A stretch of DNA of 64,000 bases. Source: Lytechinus pictus. Lineage: Eukaryota. The notes below the pieces were generated by a model. It saw only the letters and a program-made list of their open reading frames with translations. It was not told the DNA's origin and did not search any database. Shown one piece after another: positions 1-14,500 of the stretch. Both the position numbers and the translations under genes were made by a program. The stretch is taken from positions 9,798,001 to 9,862,000 of the forward strand of contig NC_087252.1 of assembly GCF_037042905.1 (NCBI RefSeq), in the 5' to 3' direction. Numbering within the stretch: position 1 is the first letter of the stretch; each line of letters begins with the position of its first letter.

Positions 1-817
1 TAATTTTTCGGATTAACGAACCTTCGGAATAACGAATCTTATTTCGTTTTCGGATTAACAAACCTTCGGAACAACGAACCTTATTTCGTTTCCGGATTAA
101 CGAACCTTCGGAACAAGGAACCTTATTTCGTTTTCGGATTAACGAACCTTCGGAACAACGAACCTTATTTCGTTTTCGGATTATCGAACCTTCGGAAAAA
201 CGAACCTTATTTCGTTTTCGGGTTATCGAACCTTCGGAATAACGCCACAAATGTTCGGATAAACGAACCTTATTTCGTTTTGGGAGTAACGAACATCGAG
301 GTATATGCAATTTACGTGTTTCGGAATTACGAACCTTCGGAATAAAGAACCTTCTGAATTACGAAGTGTAACCCATAACCACAGTCGCATACATTCGTAA
401 TTCCGAAGGTTCGGATATTCCGAAGGTTCGATATTCCGAAGGTTCGTATTTCCGAAGGTTCGTTAGTCCGAAAACGAAATGAGGTTCGTAATTCCGAAGG
501 TTCGTTAGTCCGAAAACTAAATGATTAACGAACCTTATTTCGTTTTCGGACTAACGAACCTTCGGAACAACGAACCTTATTTCGTTTTCGGATTAACGAA
601 CCTTCGGAACATCGAACCTTATTTTGTTTTCGGAATATGGAACCTTCGGAATAACGAACCTTCGGAATAACGCCACAAATGTTCGGATTAACGAACCCTT
701 TTACGTTTTCGGATTAACGAACATCGAGGTATAGGCAATTTACGTGTTTCGGAATTACGAACCTTCGGAATAAAGAACCTTCGGAATCACGAACCTTCGG
801 AATTACGAAGTGTAACC
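1..817. repeat. Two adjacent foldback-type elements built from AACGAACCTTCGGA(A/T) subrepeats; the first is cut by the window start and ends ~373, the second spans ~389-817
   Basis: Second element has TTCCGAAGGTTCG arrays at 395-510 facing CGAACCTTCGGAA arrays at 526-810. Both elements end in GAATTACGAAGTGTAACC. Confidence 0.8.
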
Positions 818-895
818 GTAAACAGTCACACATTTCAGTCTTTGACTGCTTGTGATTGTATTTTGATCGTTTTTACTGCAATAAAATCCAATATA

Positions 896-1714
896 CAGTG
901 CGTCCCAGAAAAAACGAAACCGAGATTAAGCGATGATTTATCATAAGTTAATCACAAATGCAATAGACAAATGACCTACCATTGTAAAGCTTAGAACCTC
1001 CTCTTTCATCTGATATCACTTAGATTATTCCTCATTCACGCATGAGTGAGCAAAAACAATTTGAAGAAAGGATACCAAAAACTAATTTGGCGAGGGGTAT
1101 CTGAATTTCAAAAAGAAAATCACATGCCTAAAAGTTCAATATCTGCTCTTTTATTTGATACCTTAATCACAAAAATTGGTCAAGAAGTAAAAAAGTTATG
1201 TTCCCTCGAAACAACGCTTGTATTTCCATAATTTCATTAAATAAACGTGTTTTCACCGGGTTCCCACAGAAGCTATCGCATGGTTAACAAAAGACTTAAT
1301 GCATGGCTGATCGTCAACAAAACGGAGTGTCGGGTGAGTTTGAACGCTAGCCTGGAGAACCTCTCCATTTTATGAAATTATTGAAATTCAAGCCCTATTG
1401 AAAATAACCAGAACTTTGTTATTTCTTGACCATTTTCGGTAATTGAGGTATGAAATTAAAGACCAGATATTGAATTTTTTTAAAATGTGGTTTTCTTTTT
1501 TAAACCTAGATACAGCCCGCCAAATTACTTTTTGGCATCCCCTTTTTAAATTGTTTTTGCTCACTCATGCGGGAATGAGAAATAATCTAAGTTATTTTAG
1601 ATGAAAGAGGAGATTCTAAGCTTTACAATGGTAGGTCATTTGTCTATTGTATTTATGATTAAGTTATGATAAATCATCGATAAATCTCGGTTTCGTTTTT
1701 TCTGGGACGCACTG
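896..1714. mobile_element. Non-autonomous Tc1/mariner-type DNA transposon (MITE)
   Basis: TA|CAGTGCGTCCCAGAAAAAACGAAACCGAGAT ... ATCTCGGTTTCGTTTTTTCTGGGACGCACTG|TA: long imperfect TIRs, TA duplication, no transposase ORF. Confidence 0.9.
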
Positions 1715-2510
1715 TATAACATAACTGTTTTCACAAAATATTGATAAACTTTAAAATTCAATGACTTCGTTATTTGTTATCCGATTTTGATAAAAATTTC
1801 AGCATTTTGCTTTGTAAATTTTACTCTATTTATTTAGCCTGGACCATCCCTTTAATATGGTTTATTATTACCTCTCGTCCAGTTTCACCTTATACCATAC
1901 AATCTGGAGAAAATCTATTCACAAGAACATTTTTTTCTGTGTATAATTTTATAATAAAAAAATGATGGTCTATGCACTCATTACCCAAAACTTCACAACC
2001 ATACAGTTAAACAGATAAAATCAGATGATCAAATAAAAACACTCGAGTGTCCACAGAGAGCTGAAATTATTGTAGTCATGAAAGGATCCATGATTTCGTA
2101 GGGAGGGGGGGGGGGCAAGTTTGACCTGATTTTGGCGCCCCTGTGTACTTTTCGAAAAACGGCACCACTCCCTCCCTGCCAGGCAAACATAAGTGCCTTC
2201 AAATGCATGTTGAATTATCTTATTTCATAATCACATGAAAAAGGGCAATTGATGTCCATTTTTCTTTTAATGTGCTCATGGAGAAAAGAAATCCATTAAT
2301 ATTTATAATGTTGTATCACTTTATAAAACAAAATAAATGCGAACGCGGAGCGCGAGTGATTTTCGCCTTTGGGGGGTTTCACTTTCACCAGAGTAGGCCC
2401 TACTGGAATTGTGTGAGCTTGATCTGTAACATGTTTACTAGCAGTTTTAGAATAGCCTTCAATAATATTATCGATAGCCTCTTTGAAATAATGCAATCTC
2501 GAAGGCAATC

Positions 2511-5500
2511 GGTTAATTGACAGGCGTCCATTAAAGACCCATACTAATTACGACACACGAGTCATAATCAGGCCAAACAAAATGGGCGTTTTATGCTATT
2601 TTCAAAGTGCCCCCAATAAGTTCAGTCAACTTTAAAGAAGCTGAAACTCGAATAAATACTAAGCGATACTGGGGAGACAAAAATTTCTTTTGAAAGGGTT
2701 AATTGACAGGCGTCCATTAAAGACCCATACTAATTACGACACACGAGTCATAATCAGGCCAAACAAAATGGGCGTTTTATGCTATTTTCAAAGTGCCCCC
2801 AATAAGTTCAGTCAACTTTAAAGAGGCTGAAACTCAAGGGATCCCTTTTTCGAATAAATACTAAGCGATACTGGGGAGACAAAAATTTCTAATGAAAGGG
2901 TTAATTGACAGGCGTCCATTAAAGACCCATGCTAATTACGGCACACGAGTCATAATCAGGCCAAACAAAATGGGCGTTTTATGCTATTTTCAAAGTGCCC
3001 CCAATAAGTTCAGTCAACTTTAAAGAGGCTGAAACTCAAGGGGTCCCTTTTTCGAATAAATACTAAGCGATACTGGGGAGACAAAAATTTCTAATGAAAG
3101 GGTTAATTGACAGGCGTCCATTAAAGACCCATGCTAATTACGGCACACGAGTCATAATCAGGCCAAACAAAATGGGCGTTTTATGCTATTTTCAAAGTGC
3201 CCCCAATAAGTTCAGTCAACTTTAAAGAGGCTGAAAATCAAGGGATCCCTTTTTCGAATAAATACTAAGCGATACTGGGGAGACAAAAATTTCTAATGAA
3301 AGGGTTAATTGACAGGCGTCCATTAAAGACCCATGCTAATTACGGCACACGAGTCATAATCAGGCCAAACAAAATGGGCGTTTTATGCTATTTTCAAAGT
3401 GCCCCCAATAAGTTCAGTCAACTTTAAAGAGGCTGAAACTCAAGGGATCCCTTTTTCGAATAAATACTAAGCGATACTGGGGAGACAAAAATTTCTAATG
3501 AAAGGGTTAATTGACAGGCGTCCATTAAAGACCCATGCTAATTACGGCACACGAGTCATAATCAGGCCAAACAAAATGGGCGTTTTATGCTATTTTCAAA
3601 GTGCCCCCAATAAGTTCAGTCAACTTTAAAGAGGCTGAAACTCAAGGGATCCCTTTTTCGAATAAATACTAAGCGATACTGGGGAGACAAAAATTTCTAA
3701 TGAAAGGGTTAATTGACAGGCGTCCATTAAAGACCCATGCTAATTACGGCACACGAGTCATAATCAGGCCAAACAAAATGGGCGTTTTATGCTATTTTCA
3801 AAGTGCCCCCAATAAGTTCAGTCAACTTTAAAGAGGCTGAAACTCAAGGGGTCCCTTTTTCGAAAAAATACTAAGCGATACTGGGGAGACGAAAATTTCT
3901 AATGAAAGGGTAAATTGACAGGCGTCCATTAAAGACCCATGCTAATTACGGCACACGAGTCATAATCAGGCCAAACAAAATGGGCGTTTTATGCTATTTT
4001 CAAAGTGCCCCCAATAAGTTCAGTCAACTTTAAAGAGGCTGAAACTCAAGGGATCTCTTTTTCGAATAAATACTAAACGATACTGGGGAGACAAAAATTT
4101 CTAATGAAAGGGTTAATTGACAGGCGTCCATTAAAGACCCATGCTAATTACGGCACACGAGTCATAATCAGGCCAAACAAAATGGGCGTTTTATGCTATT
4201 TTCAAAGTGCCCCCAATAAGTTCAGTCAACTTTAAAGAGGCTGAAACTCAAGGGATCCCTTTTTCGAATAAATACTAAGCGATACTGGGGAGACAAAAAT
4301 TTCTAATGAAAGGGTTAATTGACAGGCGTCCATTAAAGACCCATGCTAATTACGGCACACGAGTCATAATCAGGCCAAACAAAATGGGCGTTTTATGCTA
4401 TTTTCAAAGTGCCCCCAATAAGTTCAGTCAACTTTAAAGAGGCTGAAACTCAAGGGATCCCTTTTTCGAATAAATACTAAGCGATACTGGGGAGACAAAA
4501 ATTTCTAATGAAAGGGTTAATTGACAGGCGTCCATTAAAGACCCATGCTAATTACGGCACACGAGTCATAATCAGGCCAAACAAAATGGGCGTTTTATGC
4601 TATTTTCAAAGTGCCCCCAATAAGTTCAGTCAACTTTAAAGAGGCTGAAACTCAAGGGGTCCCTTTTTCGAATAAATACTAAGCGATACTGGGGAGACAA
4701 AAATTTCTAATGAAAGGGTTAATTGACAGGCGTCCATTAAAGACCCATGCTAATTACGGCACACGAGTCATAATCAGGCCAAACAAAATGGGCGTTTTAT
4801 GCTATTTTCAAAGTGCCCCCAATAAGTTCAGTCAACTTTAAAGAGGCTGAAAATCAAGGGATCCCTTTTTCAAATAAATACTAAGCGATACTGGGGAGAC
4901 AAAAATTTCTAATGAAAGGGTTAATTGACAGGCGTCCATTAAAGACCCATGCTAATTACGGCACACGAGTCATAATCAGGCCAAACAAAATGGGCGTTTT
5001 ATGCTATTTTCAAAGTGCCCCCAATAAGTTCAGTCAACTTTAAAGAGGCTGAAACTCAAGGGATCCCTTTTTCGAATAAATACTAAGCGATACTGGGGAG
5101 ACAGAAATTTCTAATGAAAGGGTTAATTGACAGGCGTCCATTAAAGACCCATGCTAATTACGGCACACGAGTCATAATCAGGCCAAACAAAATGGGCGTT
5201 TTATGCTATTTTCAAAGTGCCCCCAATAAGTTCAGTCAACTTTAAAGAGGCTGAAACTCAAGGGATCCCTTTTTCGAATAAATACTAAGCGATACTGGGG
5301 AGACAAAAATTTCTAATGAAAGGGTTAATTGACAGGCGTCCATTAAAGACCCATGCTAATTACGGCACACGAGTCATAATCAGGCCAAACAAAATGGGCG
5401 TTTTATGCTATTTTCAAAGTGCCCCCAATAAGTTCAGTCAACTTTAAAGAGGCTGAAACTCAAGGGATCCCTTTTTCGAATAAATACTAAGCGATACTGG

Positions 5501-8500
5501 GGAGACAAAAATTTCTAATGAAAGGGTTAATTGACAGGCGTCCATTAAAGACCCATGCTAATTACGGCACACGAGTCATAATCAGGCCAAACAAAATGGG
5601 CGTTTTATGCTATTTTCAAAGTGCCCCCAATAAGTTCAGTCAACTTTAAAGAGGCTGAAACTCAAGGGATCTCTTTTTCGAATAAATACTAAGCGATACT
5701 GGGGAGACAAAAATTTCTAATGAAAGGGTTAATTGACAGGCGTCCATTAAAGACCCATGCTAATTACGGCACACGAGTCATAATCAGGCCAAACAAAATG
5801 GGCGTTTTATGCTATTTTCAAAGTGCCCCCAATAAGTTCAGTCAACTTTAAAGAGGCTGAAACTCAAGGGATCCCTTTTTCGAATAAATACTAAGCGATA
5901 CTGGGGAGACAAAAATTTCTAATGAAAGGGTTAATTGACAGGCGTCCATTAAAGACCCATGCTAATTACGGCACACGAGTCATAATCAGGCCAAACAAAA
6001 TGGGCGTTTTATGCTATTTTCAAAGTGCCCCCAATAAGTTCAGTCAACTTTAAAGAGGCTGAAACTCAAGGGATCTCTTTTTCGAATAAATACTAAGCGA
6101 TACTGGGGAGACAAAAATTTCTAATGAAAGGGTTAATTGACAGGCGTCCATTAAAGACCCATGCTAATTACGGCACACGAGTCATAATCAGGCCAAACAA
6201 AATGGGCGTTTTATGCTATTTTCAAAGTGCCCCCAATAAGTTCAGTCAACTTTAAAGAGGCTGAAACTCAAGGGATCCCTTTTTCGAATAAATACTAAGC
6301 GATACTGGGGAGACAAAAATTTCTAATGAAAGGGTTAATTGACAGGCGTCCATTAAAGACCCATGCTAATTACGGCACACGAGTCATAATCAGGCCAAAC
6401 AAAATGGGCGTTTTATGCTATTTTCAAAGTGCCCCCAATAAGTTCAGTCAACTTTAAAGAGGCTGAAACTCAAGGGATCCCTTTTTCGAATAAATACTAA
6501 GCGATACTGGGGAGACAAAAATTTCTAATGAAAGGGTTAATTGACAGGCGTCCATTAAAGACCCATGCTAATTACGGCACACGAGTCATAATCAGGCCAA
6601 ACAAAATGGGCGTTTTATGCTATTTTCAAAGTGCCCCCAATAAGTTCAGTCAACTTTAAAGAGGCTGAAACTCAAGGGATCCCTTTTTCGAATAAATACT
6701 AAGCGATACTGGGGAGACAAAAATTTCTAATGAAAGGGTTAATTGACAGGCGTCCATTAAAGACCCATGCTAATTACGGCACACGAGTCATAATCAGGCC
6801 AAACAAAATGGGCGTTTTATGCTATTTTCAAAGTGCCCCCAATAAGTTCAGTCAACTTTAAAGAGGCTGAAACTCAAGGGATCTCTTTTTCGAATAAATA
6901 CTAAGCGATACTGGGGAGACAAAAATTTCTAATGAAAGGGTTAATTGACAGGCGTCCATTAAAGACCCATGCTAATTACGGCACACGAGTCATAATCAGG
7001 CCAAACAAAATGGGCGTTTTATGCTATTTTCAAAGTGCCCCCAATAAGTTCAGTCAACTTTAAAGAGGCTGAAACTCAAGGGATCCCTTTTTCGAATAAA
7101 TACTAAGCGATACTGGGGAGACAAAAATTTCTAATGAAAGGGTTAATTGACAGGCGTCCATTAAAGACCCATGCTAATTACGGCACACGAGTCATAATCA
7201 GGCCAAACAAAATGGGCGTTTTATGCTATTTTCAAAGTGCCCCCAATAAGTTCAGTCAACTTTAAAGAGGCTGAAACTCAAGGGATCCCTTTTTCGAATA
7301 AATACTAAGCGATACTGGGGAGACAAAAATTTATAATGAAAGGGTTAATTGACAGGCGTCCATTAAAGACCCATGCTAATTACGGCACACGAGTCATAAT
7401 CAGGCCAAACAAAATGGGCGTTTTATGCTATTTTCAAAGTGCCCCCAATAAGTTCAGTCAACTTTAAAGAGGCTGAAACTCAAGGGATCCCTTTTTCGAA
7501 TAAATACTAAGCGATACTGGGGAGACAAAAATTTCTAATGAAAGGGTTAATTGACAGGCGTCCATTAAAGACCCATGCTAATTACGGCACACGAGTCATA
7601 ATCAGGCCAAACAAAATGGGCGTTTTATGCTATTTTCAAAGTGCCCCCAATAAGTTCAGTCAACTTTAAAGAGGCTGAAACTCAAGGGATCTCTTTTTCG
7701 AATAAATACTAAGCGATACTGGGGAGACAAAAATTTCTAATGAAAGGGTTAATTGACAGGCGTCCATTAAAGACCCATGCTAATTACGGCACACGAGTCA
7801 TAATCAGGCCAAACAAAATGGGCGTTTTATGCTATTTTCAAAGTGCCCCCAATAAGTTCAGTCAACTTTAAAGAGGCTGAAACTCAAGGGATCCCTTTTT
7901 CGAATAAATACTAAGCGATACTGGGGAGACAAAAATTTCTAATGAAAGGGTTAATTGACAGGCGTCCATTAAAGACCCATGCTAATTACGGCACACGAGT
8001 CATAATCAGGCCAAACAAAATGGGCGTTTTATGCTATTTTCAAAGTGCCCCCAATAAGTTCAGTCAACTTTAAAGAGGCTGAAACTCAAGGGATCCCTTT
8101 TTCGAATAAATACTAAGCGATACTGGGGAGACAAAAATTTCTAATGAAAGGGTTAATTGACAGGCGTCCATTAAAGACCCATGCTAATTGCGGCACACGA
8201 GTCATAATCAGGCCAAACAAAATGGGCGTTTTATGCTATTTTCAAAGTGCCCCCAATAAGTTCAGTCAACTTTAAAGAGGATGAAACTCAAGGGATCCCT
8301 TTTTCGAATAAATACTAAGCGATACTGGGGAGACAAAAATTTCTAATGAAAGGGTTAATTGACAGGCGTCCATTAAAGACCCATGCTAATTACGGCACAC
8401 GAGTCATAATCAGGCCAAACAAAATGGGCGTTTTATGCTATTTTCAAAGTGCCCCCAATAAGTTCAGTCAACTTTAAAGAGGCTGAAACTCAAGGGATCT

Positions 8501-11500
8501 CTTTTTCGAATAAATACTAAGCGATACTGGGGAGACAAAAATTTCTAATGAAAGGGTTAATTGACAGGCGTCCATTAAAGACCCATGCTAATTACGGCAC
8601 ACGAGTCATAATCAGGCCAAACAAAATGGGCGTTTTATGCTATTTTCAAAGTGCCCCCAATAAGTTCAGTCAACTTTAAAGAGGCTGAAACTCAAGGGAT
8701 CCCTTTTTCGAATAAATACTAAGCGATACTGGGGAGACAAAAATTTCTAATGAAAGGGTTAATTGACAGGCGTCCATTAAAGACCCATGCTAATTACGGC
8801 ACACGAGTCATAATCAGGCCAAACAAAATGGGCGTTTTATGCTATTTTCAAAGTGCCCCCAATAAGTTCAGTCAACTTTAAAGAGGCTGAAACTCAAGGG
8901 ATCCCTTTTTCGAATAAATACTAAGCGATACTGGGGAGACAAAAATTTATAATGAAAGGGTTAATTGACAGGCGTCCATTAAAGACCCATGCTAATTACG
9001 GCACACGAGTCATAATCAGGCCAAACAAAATGGGCGTTTTATGCTATTTTCAAAGTGCCCCCAATAAGTTCAGTCAACTTTAAAGAGGCTGAAACTCAAG
9101 GGATCCCTTTTTCGAATAAATACTAAGCGATACTGGGGAGACAAAAATTTCTAATGAAAGGGTTAATTGACAGGCGTCCATTAAAGACCCATGCTAATTA
9201 CGGCACACGAGTCATAATCAGGCCAAACAAAATGGGCGTTTTATGCTATTTTCAAAGTGCCCCCAATAAGTTCAGTCAACTTTAAAGAGACTGAAACTCA
9301 AGGGATCTCTTTTTCGAATAAATACTAAGCGATACTGGGGAGACAAAAATTTCTAATGAAAGGGTTAATTGACAGGCGTCCATTAAAGACCCATGCTAAT
9401 TACGGCACACGAGTCATAATCAGGCCAAACAAAATGGGCGTTTTATGCTATTTTCAAAGTGCCCCCAATAAGTTCAGTCAACTTTAAAGAGGCTGAAACT
9501 CAAGGGATCCCTTTTTCGAATAAATACTAAGCGATACTGGGGAGACAAAAATTTCTAATGAAAGGGTTAATTGACAGGCGTCCATTAAAGACCCATGCTA
9601 ATTACGGCACACGAGTCATAATCAGGCCAAACAAAATGGGCGTTTTATGCTATTTTCAAAGTGCCCCCAATAAGTTCAGTCAACTTTAAAGAGGCTGAAA
9701 CTCAAGGGATCTCTTGTTCGAATAAATACTAAGCGATACTGGGGAGACAAAAATTTCTAATGAAAGGGTTAATTGACAGGCGTCCATTAAAGACCCATGC
9801 TAATTACGGCACACGAGTCATAATCAGGCCAAACAAAATGGGCGTTTTATGCTATTTTCAAAGTGCCCCCAATAAGTTCAGTCAACTTTAAAGAGGCTGA
9901 CACTCAAGGGATCCCTTTTTCGAATAAATACTAAGCGATACTGGGGAGACAAAAATTTCTAATGAAAGGGTTAATTGACAGGCGTCCATTAAAGACCCAT
10001 GCTAATTACGGCACACGAGTCATAATCAGGCCAAACAAAATGGGCGTTTTATGCTATTTTCAAAGTGCCCCCAATAAGTTCAGTCAACTTTAAAGAGGCT
10101 GAAACTCAAGGGATCCCTTTTTCGAATAAATACTAAGCGATACTGGGGAGACAAAAATTTATAATGAAAGGGTTAATTGACAGGCGTCCATTAAAGACCC
10201 ATGCTAATTACGGCACACGAGTCATAATCAGGCCAAACAAAATGGGCGTTTTATGCTATTTTCAAAGTGCCCCCAATAAGTTCAGTCAACTTTAAAGAGG
10301 CTGAAACTCAAGGGATCCCTTTTTCGAATAAATACTAAGCGATACTGGGGAGACAAAAATTTCTAATGAAAGGGTTAATTGACAGGCGTCCATTAAAGAC
10401 CCATGCTAATTACGGCACACGAGTCATAATCAGGCCAAACAAAATGGGCGTTTTATGCTATTTTCAAAGTGCCCCCAATAAGTTCAGTCAACTTTAAAGA
10501 GACTGAAACTCAAGGGATCTCTTTTTCGAATAAATACTAAGCGATACTGGGGAGACAAAAATTTCTAATGAAAGGGTTAATTGACAGGCGTCCATTAAAG
10601 ACCCATGCTAATTACGGCACACGAGTCATAATCAGGCCAAACAAAATGGGCGTTTTATGCTATTTTCAAAGTGCCCCCAATAAGTTCAGTCAACTTTAAA
10701 GAGGCTGAAACTCAAGGGATCCCTTTTTCGAATAAATACTAAGCGATACTGGGGAGACAAAAATTTCTAATGAAAGGGTTAATTGACAGGCGTCCATTAA
10801 AGACCCATGCTAATTACGGCACACGAGTCATAATCAGGCCAAACAAAATGGGCGTTTTATGCTATTTTCAAAGTGCCCCCAATAAGTTCAGTCAACTTTA
10901 AAGAGGCTGAAACTCAAGGGATCTCTTTTTCGAATAAATACTAAGCGATACTAGGGAGACAAAAATTTCTAATGAAAGGGTTAATTGACAGGCGTCCATT
11001 AAAGACCCATGCTAATTACGGCACACGAGTCATAATCAGGCCAAACAAAATGGGCGTTTTATGCTATTTTCAAAGTGCCCCCAATAAGTTCAGTCAACTT
11101 TAAAGAGGCTGAAACTCAAGGGATCCCTTTTTCGAATAAATACTAAGCGATACTGGGGAGACAAAAATTTCTAATGAAAGGGTTAATTGACAGGCGTCCA
11201 TTAAAGACCCATGCTAATTACGGCACACGAGTCATAATCAGGCCAAACAAAATGGGCGTTTTATGCTATTTTCAAAGTGCCCCCAATAAGTTCAGTCAAC
11301 TTTAAAGAGGCTGAAACTCAAGGGATCCCTTTTTCGAATAAATACTAAGCGATACTGGGGAGACAAAAATTTCTAATGAAAGGGTTAATTGACAGGCGTC
11401 CATTAAAGACCCATGCTAATTACGGCACACGAGTCATAATCAGGCCAAACAAAATGGGCGTTTTATGCTATTTTCAAAGTGCCCCCAATAAGTTCAGTCA

Positions 11501-14500
11501 ACTTTAAAGAGGCTGAAACTCAAGGGATCCCTTTTTCGAATAAATACTAAGCGATACTGGGGAGACAAAAATTTCTAATGAAAGGGTTAATTGACAGGCG
11601 TCCATTAAAGACCCATGCTAATTACGGCACACGAGTCATAATCAGGCCAAACAAAATGGGCGTTTTATGCTATTTTCAAAGTGCCCCCAATAAGTTCAGT
11701 CAACTTTAAAGAGGCTGAAACTCAAGGGATCTCTTGTTCGAATAAATACTAAGCGATACTGGGGAGACAAAAATTTCTAATGAAAGGGTTAATTGACAGG
11801 CGTCCATTAAAGACCCATGCTAATTACGGCACACGAGTCATAATCAGGCCAAACAAAATGGGCGTTTTATGCTATTTTCAAAGTGCCCCCAATAAGTTCA
11901 GTCAACTTTAAAGAGGCTGAAACTCAAGGGATCCCTTTTTCGAATAAATACTAAGCGATACTGGGGAGACAAAAATTTCTAATGAAAGGGTTAATTGACA
12001 GGCGTCCATTAAAGACCCATGCTAATTACGGCACACGAGTCATAATCAGGCCAAACAAAATGGGCGTTTTATGCTATTTTCAAAGTGCCCCCAATAAGTT
12101 CAGTCAACTTTAAAGAGGCTGAAACTCAAGGGATCCCTTTTTCGAATAAATACTAAGCGATACTGGGGAGACAAAAATTTCTAATGAAAGGGTTAATTGA
12201 CAGGCGTCCATTAAAGACCCATGCTAATTACGGCACACGAGTCATAATCAGGCCAAACAAAATGGGCGTTTTATGCTATTTTCAAAGTGCCCCCAATAAG
12301 TTCAGTCAACTTTAAAGAGGCTGAAACTCAAGGGATCCCTTTTTCGAATAAATACTAAGCGATACTGGGGAGACAAAAATTTCTAATGAAAGGGTTAATT
12401 GACAGGCGTCCATTAAAGACCCATGCTAATTACGGCACACGAGTCATAATCAGGCCAAACAAAATGGGCGTTTTATGCTATTTTCAAAGTGCCCCCAATA
12501 AGTTCAGTCAACTTTAAAGAGACTGAAACTCAAGGGATCTCTTTTTCGAATAAATACTAAGCGATACTGGGGAGACAAAAATTTCTAATGAAAGGGTTAA
12601 TTGACAGGCGTCCATTAAAGACCCATGCTAATTACGGCACACGAGTCATAATCAGGCCAAACAAAATGGGCGTTTTATGCTATTTTCAAAGTGCCCCCAA
12701 TAAGTTCAGTCAACTTTAAAGAGGCTGAAACTCAAGGGATCCCTTTTTCGAATAAATACTAAGCGATACTGGGGAGACAAAAATTTCTAATGAAAGGGTT
12801 AATTGACAGGCGTCCATTAAAGACCCATGCTAATTACGGCACACGAGTCATAATCAGGCCAAACAAAATGGGCGTTTTATGCTATTTTCAAAGTGCCCCC
12901 AATAAGTTCAGTCAACTTTAAAGAGGCTGAAACTCAAGGGATCCCTTTTTCGAATAAATACTAAGCGATACTGGGGAGACAAAAATTTCTAATGAAAGGG
13001 TTAATTGACAGGCGTCCATTAAAGACCCATGCTAATTACGGCACACGAGTCATAATCAGGCCAAACAAAATGGGCGTTTTATGCTATTTTCAAAGTGCCC
13101 CCAATAAGTTCAGTCAACTTTAAAGAGGCTGAAACTCAAGGGATCCCTTTTTCGAATAAATACTAAGCGATTCTGGGGAGACAAAAATTTCTAATGAAAG
13201 GGTTAATTGACAGGCGTCCATTAAAGACCCATGCTAATTACGGCACACGAGTCATAATCAGGCCAAACAAAATGGGCGTTTTATGCTATTTTCAAAGTGC
13301 CCCCAATAAGTTCAGTCAACTTTAAAGAGGCTGAAACTCAAGGGATCCCTTTTTCGAATAAATACTAAGCGATACTGGGGAGACAAAAATTTCTAATGAA
13401 AGGGTTAATTGACAGGCGTCCATTAAAGACCCATGCTAATTACGGCACACGAGTCATAATCAGGCCAAACAAAATGGGCGTTTTATGCTATTTTCAAAGT
13501 GCCCCCAATAAGTTCAGTCAACTTTAAAGAGGCTGAAACTCAAGGGATCCCTTTTTCGAATAAATACTAAGCGATACTGGGGAGACAAAAATTTCTAATG
13601 AAAGGGTTAATTGACAGGCGTCCATTAAAGACCCATGCTAATTACGGCACACGAGTCATAATCAGGCCAAACAAAATGGGCGTTTTATGCTATTTTCAAA
13701 GTGCCCCCAATAAGTTCAGTCAACTTTAAAGAGGCTGAAACTCAAGGGATCTCTTGTTCGAATAAATACTAAGCGATACTGGGGAGACAAAAATTTCTAA
13801 TGAAAGGGTTAATTGACAGGCGTCCATTAAAGACCCATGCTAATTACGGCACACGAGTCATAATCAGGCCAAACAAAATGGGCGTTTTATGCTATTTTCA
13901 AAGTGCCCCCAATAAGTTCAGTCAACTTTAAAGAGGCTGAAACTCAAGGGATCCCTTTTTCGAATAAATACTAAGCGATACTGGGGAGACAAAAATTTCT
14001 AATGAAAGGGTTAATTGACAGGCGTCCATTAAAGACCCATGCTAATTACGGCACACGAGTCATAATCAGGCCAAACAAAATGGGCGTTTTATGCTATTTT
14101 CAAAGTGCCCCCAATAAGTTCAGTCAACTTTAAAGAGGCTGAAACTCAAGGGATCCCTTTTTCGAATAAATACTAAGCGATACTGGGGAGACAAAAATTT
14201 CTAATGAAAGGGTTAATTGACAGGCGTCCATTAAAGACCCATGCTAATTACGGCACACGAGTCATAATCAGGCCAAACAAAATGGGCGTTTTATGCTATT
14301 TTCAAAGTGCCCCCAATAAGTTCAGTCAACTTTAAAGAGGCTGAAACTCAAGGGATCCCTTTCTCGAATAAATACTAAGCGATACTGGGGAGACAAAAAT
14401 TTCTAATGAAAGGGTTAATTGACAGGCGTCCATTAAAGACCCATGCTAATTACGGCACACGAGTCATAATCAGGCCAAACAAAATGGGCGTTTTATGCTA

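Noticed and set aside
1..817. Short repeats as a CRISPR-like array
   Set aside because: The intervening segments are themselves repeated and the arrays are inverted, which fits a foldback element.
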